A stretch of DNA of 64,000 bases from an uncultured Deinococcaceae bacterium (GTDB taxonomy: Bacteria; Deinococcota; Deinococci; Deinococcales; Deinococcaceae): contig CAXULY010000015.1 of NCBI GenBank assembly GCA_964252075.1, forward strand, positions 1-64,000. Reading direction: 5' to 3'. The position numbers and the translations under genes were made by a program. How positions within the stretch are numbered: the first letter of the stretch is position 1; the number at the start of each line of letters is the position of its first letter. The notes beneath the pieces are model-generated. The model was not told the origin of the DNA. It saw nothing but the letters and a program-made list of their open reading frames with translations, and did not search any database. Shown one piece after another: positions 1-9,973 of the stretch.

Positions 1-64
1 CCTCGCCTGGAACCTCGTCGGTGACTCCCTCCGCGACGCCATCGACCCCCGCGGCAACCGCTAA
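1..64 (+). CDS. 3' end of peptide/nickel ABC transporter permease (DppC/OppC family), partial
   Basis: Frame from nt 2 reads LAWNLVGDSLRDAIDPRGNR* (TAA 62-64), matching the typical N-x-x-GDxLRDxxDPR C-terminus of DppC/OppC. Confidence 0.85.
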   Translation, partial: LAWNLVGDSLRDAIDPRGNR

Positions 65-176
65 GGGCAGGCAGACTGCGATGCGGCCCACACGCGCGGA
101 GCGTGTGGGCCTGATGCATGAGTGGCTTCACAGGCGCGCCACACGTGCTTCCGGGCTGAACCCGCGACAATACCAT

Positions 177-1442
177 ATGTCGCGCCCCCTGCGTCCGCTT
201 GCCGCGCTTGCCCTCACCGCCCTGCTGGGCTCGGCGACCGCCTCACCCGCCCAGGACCTCTTCGATCAGGTGAAAGCCTACCTGCTCACCGGGTACGGCG
301 GCCTGAGCAGCGCCGACCGCCCCGCGCTCGTCGCGCAGGGCCAGGAGCAGCTGAACGCCGCGTGCGCCGACAACGTCGCCGCCTGCCCGCTCGACCGCGC
401 GTACGACGTGCTGGACAAGGAAGTGTCGGGCCTGAACGACCTGCACAGCAGCTTTGAGCGTCCCGACGACTTCCAGGACTTCTCGGAGCGCGCCACGGGC
501 GGCAGCCGCCTGCAGTACGGCGTCCGCCTCGGGCCGTACGAGGGGGACAACCGCCTGATCCTGGAGGTCGTGCCGGGCAGCGCCGCCGAACGCGCGGGCC
601 TGCGGCGCGGCGACAGCCTGGAAGCCCTGAACGGCTCGCCGTACACCTACGAGAAATTCAGCGCCAGCCGCAGCAGCGGCGCGGCCATCACGCTGGACGT
701 GCAGCGCGGCGCGGGGCGCTTCCAGGTGCAGCTCACGCCCGGCGTGACATCCACCCGCGAGCTGCCGCACATGACCATCGAGAACGGCGTGGCGGTCATC
801 CGCATCCCGACCTTCCTGGCGGGCGGCGGCGTCGCGCAGCGCGTGCATGACCTCGTGCGCGTCGCGCAGGGCGAGGGCGCGACGGGCGTGGTGGTGGACC
901 TGCGCGACAACGGCGGCGGTGACCTCGCGGAGTGCGACCTCGCCGTGAGCGCCTTCGTGCCGAGCTTCGCGCGCGTCTCGAAGGACGTGCGCGGCGACTC
1001 CCGCACCCTCGTGAGCCACGGCGCGCGCCGCCAGGACGGCCGCACCGAGGACACCGTGAGCCACCCCGTGCTGTGGGACGGCCCGCTGACCGTCGCGGTG
1101 AACGCCGCGAGCGGCTCGTGCAGCGAGTTCTTCGCGTACGAGATTCAGTACGCGGGGCGCGGCCTCGTGGTGGGGCAGCCCACGGCGGGCGTCGCGAACA
1201 GCGCCACGCAGGTGTTCCCGCTGATGGGCGGCGCGGGCCTGCAGCTGACCGTCACGCACTACGTGAAGCCCGACGGCACCGCGTACCCGGAGCGCGTGAA
1301 CCCGCAGGTGAGCGGCAGCGACGACTACAGCCAGCTCGCGCGCGGCCAGGACGTGCTGCTCGACGACGCCGTGAGCGCCCTCAAGGACGCCCCGAGCGTC
1401 GCGAGCGCCAGCGACCGCCCGCGCGCCCAGCGCGGCAACTGA
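177..1442 (+). CDS. S41 family C-terminal processing peptidase with PDZ domain, secreted
   Basis: Signal peptide MSRPLRPLAALALTALL; PDZ-like VVPGSAAERAGLRRGD; DLRDNGGG; SGSCSE (catalytic Ser region); VVGQPTAG. Start moved to ATG 177, in frame with ORF 21. Confidence 0.88.
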   Translation: MSRPLRPLAALALTALLGSATASPAQDLFDQVKAYLLTGYGGLSSADRPALVAQGQEQLNAACADNVAACPLDRAYDVLDKEVSGLNDLHSSFERPDDFQDFSERATGGSRLQYGVRLGPYEGDNRLILEVVPGSAAERAGLRRGDSLEALNGSPYTYEKFSASRSSGAAITLDVQRGAGRFQVQLTPGVTSTRELPHMTIENGVAVIRIPTFLAGGGVAQRVHDLVRVAQGEGATGVVVDLRDNGGGDLAECDLAVSAFVPSFARVSKDVRGDSRTLVSHGARRQDGRTEDTVSHPVLWDGPLTVAVNAASGSCSEFFAYEIQYAGRGLVVGQPTAGVANSATQVFPLMGGAGLQLTVTHYVKPDGTAYPERVNPQVSGSDDYSQLARGQDVLLDDAVSALKDAPSVASASDRPRAQRGN

Positions 1443-1449
1443 GGCCACA

Positions 1450-1492
1450 CGAGGCGCGGGTCAGGCCACCGCCTGACCCGCGCCTCGGCTTT
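1450..1492 (+). terminator. Intrinsic terminator-like hairpin
   Basis: CGAGGCGCGGGTCAGG / CCTGACCCGCGCCTCG 16-bp stem followed by a short GCTTT tail. Confidence 0.6.
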
Positions 1493-1544
1493 ACGGGCGC
1501 TTGACCCGGCGCGCCGCCCGCCCGCGCCCGCCGTACAGTGGGAC

Positions 1545-2417
1545 ATGCGCGTCTACATCGGCACCGGAGGCTACACCAACGATGATTGGAAGGGCGCCAG
1601 CGACGCGTCCGGACGGGACATTTCCAAGGGCCTGCTGTACCCAGACAAGGCCAAGAGCGGCGACTACCTGGAGATTTATTCCCATCACTTCGACGCGGTG
1701 GAACTGAACTCCAGCTTCTACGGCATTCCGGGCCTCAAGGCCTTCGAGGGCATGGCGCGCAAGTCCGGCGGGCGCACGCGCTTCGCGGTGAAACTCCATC
1801 AGGTCTTCACGCACGCCCGCACGCCCGAGAGCGCGGACTTCGACCGCATGCTGCAGAGCCCCGCGCCCCTCGCGGAGGCGAACGTGATGGGGCCGTACCT
1901 CGCGCAGTTCCCGTACAGCTTTCACCGCACGCCCGAGAACCGCAAGTACCTCCTCGCGCTCGCGGAGCGCTTCGCGGGGCATGACCTCGCGGTGGAACTG
2001 CGCCACGCCAGCTGGGACAAACCGGAGGTGCGCGCCGGCATGGGCGAGTACGGCCTGATCTGGGTGAGCCCCGACTACCCCCCGGTGGGCGGCATGCCGG
2101 AACCGCAGGTGTTCGTGACGGGCGAGATCGCGTACCTGCGCCTGCACGGCCGCAACCAGGGCACGTGGTGGGAAGGCAAGAGCGCCGCCGAACGCCACGA
2201 TTACCTGTACTCCCGCGCGGAGATGGAGGAGTGGGCGGAGAAGATCGCGCTCGTCACGGGCGACCTGGAAGAACTGTACGTGTTCTTCGAGAACACCACG
2301 AAGGGCCACGCCCTCAAGAACATCCCCATGCTGCGCGCCGCCCTGAACGCGCGCGGCGTGCCCGTCAGCACGCCCGAACCCCCGCAGGCCGAAGCCAGCG
2401 GGGGGCTGTTCGAGTAA
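1545..2417 (+). CDS. DUF72 (YecE-like) domain protein
   Basis: IGTGGY, YSHHFDAVELNSSFY, LAQFPYSF, AVELRHASW, YLRLHGRN, YLYS motifs; TACAGT 5 nt before ATG. Confidence 0.9.
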   Translation: MRVYIGTGGYTNDDWKGASDASGRDISKGLLYPDKAKSGDYLEIYSHHFDAVELNSSFYGIPGLKAFEGMARKSGGRTRFAVKLHQVFTHARTPESADFDRMLQSPAPLAEANVMGPYLAQFPYSFHRTPENRKYLLALAERFAGHDLAVELRHASWDKPEVRAGMGEYGLIWVSPDYPPVGGMPEPQVFVTGEIAYLRLHGRNQGTWWEGKSAAERHDYLYSRAEMEEWAEKIALVTGDLEELYVFFENTTKGHALKNIPMLRAALNARGVPVSTPEPPQAEASGGLFE

Positions 2418-2459
2418 AGCCCAGCACCGGGGGCGGCCTGATGGCCGCCCCCGCGTCAC

Positions 2460-3431
2460 TCACCAGGCGTACGCTTCCGGCGCCTGCCCGCCCGGGCCCG
2501 GCCAGATCGCGTCGAGCTTTTTCAGGGTCGCGTCGTCCAGCCGCAGGTCCGGCGCGCGCAGGTTCCCCTCCAACTGCTCCATGGTGCGCGGCCCGATGAT
2601 GGGCGCCGTCACGGCGGGCTGGTGCAGCAGCCACGCGAGCGCCACGTCCGCGGGCGGCTGACCGAGGTCACGGCACAGCGCCTCGTACTGCTCCAGCGAC
2701 GCGCGGTGCTTCTCGATCTCGCCCTGCATGCGCTCGGACGCGCGGCGGCCCTCGCTGGCCTTCTGCAGCACGCCGCCCAGCAGCCCGCCCCCCAGGGGGC
2801 TCCACGGGATGATGCCCACCCCCAGGTGCTGGCACGCCGGGATGACCTCCAGCTCAATCATGCGGGCGTTCAAGTTGTACAGGCTCTGCTCGGACACCAG
2901 GCCCAGGAAGTGCCGCTGGCGCGCCAGCAGGTTCGCCTCCGTGATGTTCCAGGCCGCGAAGTTGCTGGACCCCACGTACAGCACGCTGCCTTCCTGCACG
3001 AGTTGCTGCATGGCCTGCCAGATTTCCTCCCAGGGCGTCTGGCGGTCCACGTGGTGCATCTGGTACAGGTCAATGCGGTCCGTCTTGAGGCGCCGCAGGC
3101 TGTCATGCACCGCCTTGCGGATGTGGAACGCGCTGAGCCGCTGGTCGTTCGGGCCCTCGCCCATCTTGCCGTACACCTTCGTCGCGATGACGACCTGGTC
3201 GCGCTTGCCGGGGTTCTGCTCGAACCAGCGGCCCACGATCTGCTCCGTGACGCCCTCGCCCAGCGTGCGGCCGTACACGTTCGCGCTGTCCCAGAAGTTG
3301 ATGCCGGCGTCCAGCGCGCGGTCCATGATGGCGTGGCTGTCCTGCTCGCTCGTCTCCGGGCCGAAATTCATGGTGCCGAGGCACAGCGGGCTGACTTTCA
3401 GACCGGTCCTTCCCAGTTGGCGGTACTCCAT
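2460..3431 (-). CDS. Aldo/keto reductase
   Basis: MEYRQLGRTGLKVSPLCLGTMNFG, DSANVYG, IDLYQMH, WSPLGGGLL; TACGGT 6 nt before ATG 3431. Confidence 0.93.
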   Translation of the reverse strand: MEYRQLGRTGLKVSPLCLGTMNFGPETSEQDSHAIMDRALDAGINFWDSANVYGRTLGEGVTEQIVGRWFEQNPGKRDQVVIATKVYGKMGEGPNDQRLSAFHIRKAVHDSLRRLKTDRIDLYQMHHVDRQTPWEEIWQAMQQLVQEGSVLYVGSSNFAAWNITEANLLARQRHFLGLVSEQSLYNLNARMIELEVIPACQHLGVGIIPWSPLGGGLLGGVLQKASEGRRASERMQGEIEKHRASLEQYEALCRDLGQPPADVALAWLLHQPAVTAPIIGPRTMEQLEGNLRAPDLRLDDATLKKLDAIWPGPGGQAPEAYAW

Positions 3432-3615
3432 GCGGGGACCGTAACCTCCACGTTCCCCCCCGTATGGGCCGCAGCACACCTTGTGTGGAGAGTCTTCACC
3501 GCGCGGCCCCTTCGTGAGGCCCCTCACCCCACCCCCGAGCCCCCCCGCGCACAATGCTCGGGTTGCCGGGCCGACGCCCGGCCAGGAGCGACCCCATGAA
3601 CCGCAGGCCCCACCC

Positions 3616-4851
3616 GTGACCTCCACCCTCACCCGCCGCCAGAGCGCCGCGCTGACCCTCATCCTGGGCGGCCTCCAGGCCTTCGGCCCGCTGAGCATCG
3701 ACATGTACCTGCCGGGCCTCCCCACCATCGCGCGCGACCTGCGCGTCACGGACGGCGCCGCGCAGTTCACGCTGAGCGCCTTCCTGATCGGCATGGCGCT
3801 CGGTCAGGCCACGTACGGCCCCATCACCGACAAGTACGGTCGCAAGAAACCCCTGCTGTTCGGCGTGGCGCTGTACGTGCTGGCGTCCGTGCTGTGCGCC
3901 CTCGCGCCCAGCATCGAACTGCTCATCGCGGGGCGCTTCCTACAGGCGCTCGGCGCGTCCGCGGGCGCCGTCATCACGACCGCCATCGTGCGCGACCTGT
4001 GGAGCGGCCGGGACGCCGCCGACCGCTTCAGCCTCCTGATGCTCGTGATGGGCGTCGCGCCCATCGTGGCGCCCGTGCTGGGCGGCCTGATCCTCACGCG
4101 CTTCGACTGGCACACGCTGTTCTGGATGCTCGCGGGCCTCGGCGTGCTGTGCTTCATCTCCGTCACGACCCTCACCGAGACTTCCCAGGCTGCCGAGCGC
4201 GCGCAGGCGCGCCTGCGGGACGCGGCGGGCACGTACCTCGCGCTGCTGCGCAACGCGCCTTTCATGGCGTACGCGCTGGGCGGCGCCTTCGCGAGCAGCG
4301 CGATGTTCGCGTACATCAGCGGGTCGTCCTTCGTGTTCATCGACGCCCTCAAGGTCACGCCCGGCGCGTACAGCCTGCTGTTCGGCCTGAACGCCCTGGG
4401 CCTCATCGCGGCGTCGCAGGTGAACCGCGCGCTCATCCGGCGTCACCCCTTGGCGCGCATCACGCAGGTCGCGAACGCCTTCACGCTGCTGTTCGCGCTC
4501 GGCCTCGTGCTCGTGACGGCCACCGGGCACGCCGCCGTCCTCACGCTCGCGCCGCTGCTGCTCGGCATGCTCGTCACGCTGGGCTTCACCTTCCCGAACA
4601 CCACCACCCTCGCGCTCGAGAACGTCCGCGAACGCATGGGGAGCGCCGCCGCGCTGCGCGGCACCGTGCAGTTCGTGATCTCCGGGGTGGCGGGCAGCCT
4701 CGTGGGCGTCCTCTCGAACGGCGCCTTCCCCGAGCAGCCCGGCCTCGCCATGACGGTCGTGATCGGCGCGTGCGCGCTGCTCTCCACCGCGTTCCTGCTG
4801 CTCGCGCGGCGCGTGGCGCCGCTCGGCGTGCCGGGCGTCCCCGCAGACTGA
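3616..4851 (+). CDS. Bcr/CflA family multidrug efflux MFS transporter
   Basis: GPLSIDMYLPGLP, GPITDKYGRKKPLL, GRFLQALG; about 12 hydrophobic segments. GTG start inferred. Confidence 0.9.
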   Translation: MTSTLTRRQSAALTLILGGLQAFGPLSIDMYLPGLPTIARDLRVTDGAAQFTLSAFLIGMALGQATYGPITDKYGRKKPLLFGVALYVLASVLCALAPSIELLIAGRFLQALGASAGAVITTAIVRDLWSGRDAADRFSLLMLVMGVAPIVAPVLGGLILTRFDWHTLFWMLAGLGVLCFISVTTLTETSQAAERAQARLRDAAGTYLALLRNAPFMAYALGGAFASSAMFAYISGSSFVFIDALKVTPGAYSLLFGLNALGLIAASQVNRALIRRHPLARITQVANAFTLLFALGLVLVTATGHAAVLTLAPLLLGMLVTLGFTFPNTTTLALENVRERMGSAAALRGTVQFVISGVAGSLVGVLSNGAFPEQPGLAMTVVIGACALLSTAFLLLARRVAPLGVPGVPAD

Positions 4852-4950
4852 ATGAAGTGCGCGGAATCTCTCCTGAGTGAGGAGCACGGCAACCATGACA
4901 AGCGGAATCGGCCGGGCGTGCGCCCGGCCGATGTCAACCCGTGGGATTGA

Positions 4951-5721
4951 CTAGCGATTTTCAGGGAAGATGGGAGGCAGAGGTATGGGTGGGGTGCTGC
5001 TGTCCACCAACAACAAGCTGGACGCCACCACATTGCCAGACGCGTCCACCACGTTGACGTGATGGGTGCCCTGATAGGCGGGCCGGTAGGAGGCGTGCTT
5101 CGCGTCAATCACTGTCAGCTGACCACAGGGCACGTCGGCAGGCAGCGTGAGGTCGCAGGTGGCAGTCCACTGAAACATTTCAGTTCCGCTGAACTCAAGG
5201 CTGAAGTACAGATCCTCGTTGACCGTCGCGTTGTTCACCAGATTGGGGGTGATCTGAGGTGCGGTCTCGTCTGTGATGACCGTGAAGGTGGCCTGGGTCG
5301 AACCGATGTTCACCCTGACCTCCACCTGTCCGCCGATGGCGTCCGCCGCGCGCGCCTGCACCTGAACCGTGTCGCCGTTCTGCACGGTCGCGGCGCCCTC
5401 CACCGCACGTCCATTGAGGATCAGCGTGCCGTTCTGCACGCTGACCGTGGTGGGTGCAATGAGGCCACCAACGGTGATCACCTCACTGCTGACGACTGCA
5501 CCAGGATAGGCGTGGACCGGCGCGAAGGTGTAGGGGTTGGGGGTGTTGCTGGGAGGCGTGGGCGTGGGCGCGGGTGTGCCCGGTGGGTTGGGTGTGGGGG
5601 TGGGGCCGGGAGACGGAGATGGCGCCGGGGATGGAGAAGGTGAGGTGGCGGGCTGACCACAGGCCGCCAGGGTCAGCGCCGCGAGGATCAGCACACTTAC
5701 GGAAAGCCTGTTCTTTTTCAT
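4951..5721 (-). CDS. Lipoprotein with Pro-rich linker and beta-rich (Ig-like?) domains
   Basis: MKKNRL...LTLAAC lipobox; PS/PT repeat linker; more A/T-ending codons than neighbouring genes. Confidence 0.75.
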   Translation of the reverse strand: MKKNRLSVSVLILAALTLAACGQPATSPSPSPAPSPSPGPTPTPNPPGTPAPTPTPPSNTPNPYTFAPVHAYPGAVVSSEVITVGGLIAPTTVSVQNGTLILNGRAVEGAATVQNGDTVQVQARAADAIGGQVEVRVNIGSTQATFTVITDETAPQITPNLVNNATVNEDLYFSLEFSGTEMFQWTATCDLTLPADVPCGQLTVIDAKHASYRPAYQGTHHVNVVDASGNVVASSLLLVDSSTPPIPLPPIFPENR

Positions 5722-5887
5722 AACAGGGCCAGCTTACCTTTCGATTTGCCCTCATGTATTGAACGCTACTTAACCTTGTCTCAGTGGTGACCTCGACTCA
5801 ATGCGCCGGGCGTTCCCGCTATCCAGCCGGGCGGTCCATATGAGGAAGCGGGGGCCACATGGTCCCCGCTCCTTCGTTTCCCCGCTC

Positions 5888-7300
5888 CTAGCTGGCGTTC
5901 ACGATGAAGTGGTGGTAGCCCGTCGCGCCTTCCGGCAGGGCGTCCGAGTCCGCTTCCTTCTGCACGGTGTCGCCAGAGTACGCGCGCGTCGCGAGCTGGT
6001 GCGGACCTGCCTCGGGCGTCCAGGGGAGTTCCCAGAGGGTCCACGCGAACTTTGTGCGCGGCTGGATGAGGCGCGCGCTCTGCCACGTCTGCCCGCCGTC
6101 CGTCGTGACCTCCACCTTCGTGATGGGCTTCGCGCCGAAGAAGGCGATGCCGCGAATGAAGCCCGGCTGCCCGGCTTTCGCGGTGGGCGTGATCTCGGCG
6201 GGCACGTCGATGCGGCTGGTGAGTTCGATGCGCGCGGTTTTGCTCCAGCCGCGCTGCACCCAGTACCCCGGCTGGTCCGTGGCGCTCACGCGAATGCCGG
6301 TGATCCAGCGGGGCTGCTTCATGCCGTACCGACCGGGGATCAGCACGCGCAGCGGGAAGCCGTGCTTGTGGTTCAGCGGCGCGCCGTTCAGGCTGTGCAC
6401 CAGCAGGATGTCCGGGTCGAGCGCCTCGCCGAGTGGCAGGGACTCCGTGTACCCGTCGGCGGCGTCCCACAGCAGGTACTTTGCGCCGCCCTGAATGCCC
6501 ACCTCGCGCAGCAGGTCCGCGAGGCGGAAACCCTCCCAGATGCCGTTCGAGATGAGGGGGCCGCCCACGGGGTTCGAGACGCACGCGAGCGTGCGCTCGG
6601 ACCGCACCACCTCGAAGCCCTTGAGGTCCGCGAGGGCGTAGCTGCGTGGGTTCTTCACCATGCCGCTCACCTTGAGGCGCCACTTCTCGCCGTTCACCTG
6701 CGGGTCGAAGGCCTCCAGGTTCTTGCTGACGTAGTAGAAGTCCTTCACGGGCGTCACGCCGAACGGCAGCGGCCCGCCCGCCGTGATGGCGGGGGTGGCC
6801 GCCGCGTCGCCCGTCTGCCGGAACAGGCCGGTGAGGCCGCCCGCCGCGAGCGCCACGCCGCCCCCCGTGAGGGCGAGCGTGACGGCGCGCCGCTGCGGGT
6901 CGCCCGGCGCGCTGGCCCGCGGCCCGCGCAGGGTGAGGGGTGAGAGCGCCCACAGCAGCAGCCCGAAGGCCGCGCCGTACGCCAGCGCGAGCCCCCAGGG
7001 CGCCAGGGGGATGGTGAGCAGCGCCGCGATAAGGCCCGCGAGCAGCGGGCGCGCGAAGCCCCCGATGACCGTCAGCCCGCCCAGCCACAGGAAGGTCACG
7101 CCCGTGAACGCGAAGATCTTGCCGCCCTGCCCCAGCCCGAAGATGCTGTGCACGATCTGGAACAGCCACGGCACGCCCAGGAACTGCGTCATGATGCCGA
7201 ACAGCCGCAGGGGCGGGTACGTCTGCCCGAGCGCCACCATCAGCAGGTAGCCCAGGGCACTCAGCAGCACCGCCGCGATGAAGGCGCGCAGGAAACGCAT
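5888..7300 (-). CDS. Membrane-anchored molybdopterin-dependent oxidoreductase (sulfite oxidase family)
   Basis: TLACVSN (Mo-ligand Cys), ISNGIWEG, LNGAPLNHKHGFPLRVLIPGRYGMKQPRWI; N-terminal TM segments, an RR-containing internal segment and a C-terminal dimerisation-type domain. Confidence 0.9.
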   Translation of the reverse strand: MRFLRAFIAAVLLSALGYLLMVALGQTYPPLRLFGIMTQFLGVPWLFQIVHSIFGLGQGGKIFAFTGVTFLWLGGLTVIGGFARPLLAGLIAALLTIPLAPWGLALAYGAAFGLLLWALSPLTLRGPRASAPGDPQRRAVTLALTGGGVALAAGGLTGLFRQTGDAAATPAITAGGPLPFGVTPVKDFYYVSKNLEAFDPQVNGEKWRLKVSGMVKNPRSYALADLKGFEVVRSERTLACVSNPVGGPLISNGIWEGFRLADLLREVGIQGGAKYLLWDAADGYTESLPLGEALDPDILLVHSLNGAPLNHKHGFPLRVLIPGRYGMKQPRWITGIRVSATDQPGYWVQRGWSKTARIELTSRIDVPAEITPTAKAGQPGFIRGIAFFGAKPITKVEVTTDGGQTWQSARLIQPRTKFAWTLWELPWTPEAGPHQLATRAYSGDTVQKEADSDALPEGATGYHHFIVNAS

Positions 7301-7401
7301 GGTCAGGTCCTCCTCAAGGAATGAATGGAGTGGGGGTCAGGGGCCGCGACACCACCAGCATGGGCCATGTGCGCGTCCGGTGGGTGCAGCAACCGGGTGG
7401 C

Positions 7402-7444
7402 AAAGGGGGCAGCGCGCGGCGAACTTCGTGGCCGCGCGCTGCCC
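7402..7444 (-). terminator. Hairpin between the DUF4397 gene and the Mo-oxidoreductase gene
   Basis: GGGCAGCGCGCGGC / GCCGCGCGCTGCCC 14-bp stem with a short TTT tail on the minus strand. Confidence 0.5.
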
Positions 7445-7580
7445 TTCGGCCTGCTCGGGGCGTGGGTGTCCCCGCCCGCGCCGCTCGCGCGGGGCCCTTG
7501 GGTTGATCTGTTCGGGACTGTCGGGTCAGCTGGCGCGCTCAGGTGGGCGCCGCTGGCCGCAATCCATCAGGGCTGCGGGC

Positions 7581-8270
7581 TTACTTCGCCGCCATGCTGT
7601 CGGCGACGACCTTGTCCTCGTTCGGGATGACCGCGAAAGCCATGTCGCCCTTGCCGCCCACGATGCCGAACGCGAAGACGCTGTAGCTCTTGCCGCCCGC
7701 CACGCTGATGCCCTTGAGGTTCGCCACGACGGGCTCCATCTTGCCGGCGGGCACGATGTTCACGTTCACGCCCATGGGGTTCACGAGGACGGTGCGCTCG
7801 CGGCCGAACGGCAGGTTGTTCACGACCTTGAAGTTGTCGAGGTCCACGGCGAGCACGTCCACGTTGGGGGCGCCGGGGGACAGGTGGTACACGTTCAGCT
7901 GCGCCTTGCCTTTGTTCATGTTGAGGCCCGTCGCGGTGAACACCGCGAGCTTCAGGTCCGCGACCTTGTTCACGGCGGCGACGGTGTAGTACGTGCCGGC
8001 CTTCAGGTCCACGTCGGTCTCGATGACCTTCTTGCTCTTGTCGCCCGCGACCGTGATCACCACGTGGTGCTTGCCGGCGGGCACGTCGCCGTAGGGCGTC
8101 ACGGCCTTGAAGGCGGCGCCGGACACGGTGCGCATGCCGTCCACGTACACGTCCACGGCGGGCGCGTCGGGGCTGGCGTGCACGACGCGCACTTCGGCGG
8201 TGTTCATGTTCATGGTCTGGGCGCTGGCGGCGGTCATGCTGAGTGCGGCGATCATCAGGATCTTGTTCAT
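7581..8270 (-). CDS. Secreted DUF4397 domain protein
   Basis: Signal peptide; VRVVHASPDAPAVDVYVDG and a second repeat VYHLSPGAPNVDV; GGAGG upstream of ATG 8270. Confidence 0.88.
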   Translation of the reverse strand: MNKILMIAALSMTAASAQTMNMNTAEVRVVHASPDAPAVDVYVDGMRTVSGAAFKAVTPYGDVPAGKHHVVITVAGDKSKKVIETDVDLKAGTYYTVAAVNKVADLKLAVFTATGLNMNKGKAQLNVYHLSPGAPNVDVLAVDLDNFKVVNNLPFGRERTVLVNPMGVNVNIVPAGKMEPVVANLKGISVAGGKSYSVFAFGIVGGKGDMAFAVIPNEDKVVADSMAAK

Positions 8271-8347
8271 GGGTGTTCCTCCACCTTGTAGTACCCAGCC
8301 CATCGGTTTCTGGATGTGGCGGGGGTGGGGCCGGTACGCTCAGTCCT

Positions 8348-9094
8348 GTGAGACGCCTCCTCGGCTGGTTGCTGCCGCTCGCGCTCGGGGTGCTGCTGGG
8401 CCTCGAGTGGCCGGTCCTGCACCGCGCGCCCATCGTGCTGAACCAGGACGCCGCATACCCCGGCGCGACCGCGCGGGCCGCGTGGGTGCCGCACCTCGGC
8501 GGGTACCTCGACATTCAGCCCGTGGGGGGCGGAGCGCGCACCCTGCTTATCATGTACCCCGGCGGCCTCGTGCGTCCGCAGGCGTACCAGTGGCTCGGGA
8601 CGGCCCTCGCGGCCGCGGGTGTGCGGACCGTCATTCCGGCCTTCCCGCTGGACTTCGCGTTCCTCGCGCCGGACCGGGCGGGCGCGCTCATGGCGGCCCT
8701 CAACCCGGACGGGCGCCTCCGGGTGGTGCTGGCGGGGCACAGCCTCGGCGGGGTGTTCGCGGCGCGCGACGCCCTGAAGCACCGCGCGGCGCTGAGCGGC
8801 CTGATCCTGCTGGGCAGCTACCCGGACGGCGCCACCAGCCTGCGCGGCAGCGCGCTGCCGGTGCTGGACCTCGCTGCCGAGCACGACGGCTTCAGCACGC
8901 CCGCGAAGGTGCGCGCGGGCCTCGCGCGGCTGCCGGAAGGCACGCGCGTGACGGTCATTCCGGGCGGCGTGCACGCCTTCTTCGGGCGGTACGGGCCGCA
9001 GGCAGGGGACGGGCGGCCCACCGTGGCGCGCGGTGAGGCCGAGCGCGCCATCGTGGCGGACATCCGGGCGTTCCTGGCGTCACTCCAGCCGTAG
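8348..9094 (+). CDS. Alpha/beta hydrolase (Abhydrolase_5-like) with N-terminal anchor
   Basis: YPGGLVRPQAY, GHSLGG nucleophile elbow, EHDG, GGVHAFFGRYGPQAGD; TACGCT 7 nt before GTG 8348. Confidence 0.87.
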   Translation: MRRLLGWLLPLALGVLLGLEWPVLHRAPIVLNQDAAYPGATARAAWVPHLGGYLDIQPVGGGARTLLIMYPGGLVRPQAYQWLGTALAAAGVRTVIPAFPLDFAFLAPDRAGALMAALNPDGRLRVVLAGHSLGGVFAARDALKHRAALSGLILLGSYPDGATSLRGSALPVLDLAAEHDGFSTPAKVRAGLARLPEGTRVTVIPGGVHAFFGRYGPQAGDGRPTVARGEAERAIVADIRAFLASLQP

Positions 9095-9871
9095 GCGCTC
9101 CGCACCCGCGTACACGTTGAAGTGCGCGCCGCGCGCGAAGCCCACCAGCGTCACCCCGAAGGCCGCTGCCGTCTGCACCGCGAGGCTGCTGGGCGCGCTC
9201 ACGCCCACGATCACCGCGAGGCCCGCGCGCACCGCCTTCTGCACGATCTCGAAGCCGCAGCGCCCGGAGATCACCAGCAGGTGGTCCGTGAGGGGCAGCA
9301 GGTCACGCGCCGCGGCCCAGCCCACCAGTTTGTCCACGGCGTTGTGCCGCCCGATGTCCTCGCGCGCGGCGAGCAGCGCACCGTCGGGCGTGAAGAGGCC
9401 GGCGGCGTGCAGGCCGCCCGTGAGGTCGAAGGTGGGTTGCGCGGCCCGCAGGCGCTCCGGGAGCGCCTGCACCAGGGCGGGGGAGAGGGGCGCGGCGCTC
9501 CAGTGCGGTGGCGGGGTGCCAACCAGCAGGCGCTCCACGCTGCCCGACCCGCACACCCCGCAGGCGCTGGACGTCACCGTGAGGCGCGGCGTCCCGCCGG
9601 TCAGGCCCTGCGCGAACCACACGTTCGGGTTCTCCGCGTGCGGGGCCAGCGTCACCTGCGGCCCGCCCAGGCCCTCGGCGTGCAGCCAGCCGCGCAGCAG
9701 TTCGCGGTCGTGGCCCGGCGTCCGCATGATGACGCCCAGCGTCGCGTCCCCCGCGCGCAGCTCCAGCGGCTCCTCGACCGCCAGGGCGTCCGCGCGCTCG
9801 CGCGCGGCGTGGCCGTCCCAGCGCACGACGCGCGCCGCCTCGGCCCGCCCGTCCGTCCGCTGGTCCGTCAC
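9080..9871 (-). CDS. fdhD: Formate dehydrogenase accessory sulfurtransferase FdhD
   Basis: LAVEEPLEL, MRTPGHD, SACGVCG, TGGLHAAGLF, REDIGRHNAVDKL, SAPSSLAV. Confidence 0.93.
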   Translation of the reverse strand: MTDQRTDGRAEAARVVRWDGHAARERADALAVEEPLELRAGDATLGVIMRTPGHDRELLRGWLHAEGLGGPQVTLAPHAENPNVWFAQGLTGGTPRLTVTSSACGVCGSGSVERLLVGTPPPHWSAAPLSPALVQALPERLRAAQPTFDLTGGLHAAGLFTPDGALLAAREDIGRHNAVDKLVGWAAARDLLPLTDHLLVISGRCGFEIVQKAVRAGLAVIVGVSAPSSLAVQTAAAFGVTLVGFARGAHFNVYAGAERLRLE

Positions 9872-9973
9872 GCCCACCACTGTAGGCGCTGCGGGCGGCC
9901 AGCACCCGATCTGAAGGATGGGTGAACCGACACAGGACGCCTGCCCTTGAGGCGCCCCAGGCGATGGCCGACC

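Noticed and set aside
7301..7580. Possible Moco riboswitch upstream of the Mo-oxidoreductase gene
   Set aside because: Hairpins are present but I could not match the Moco RNA consensus elements.
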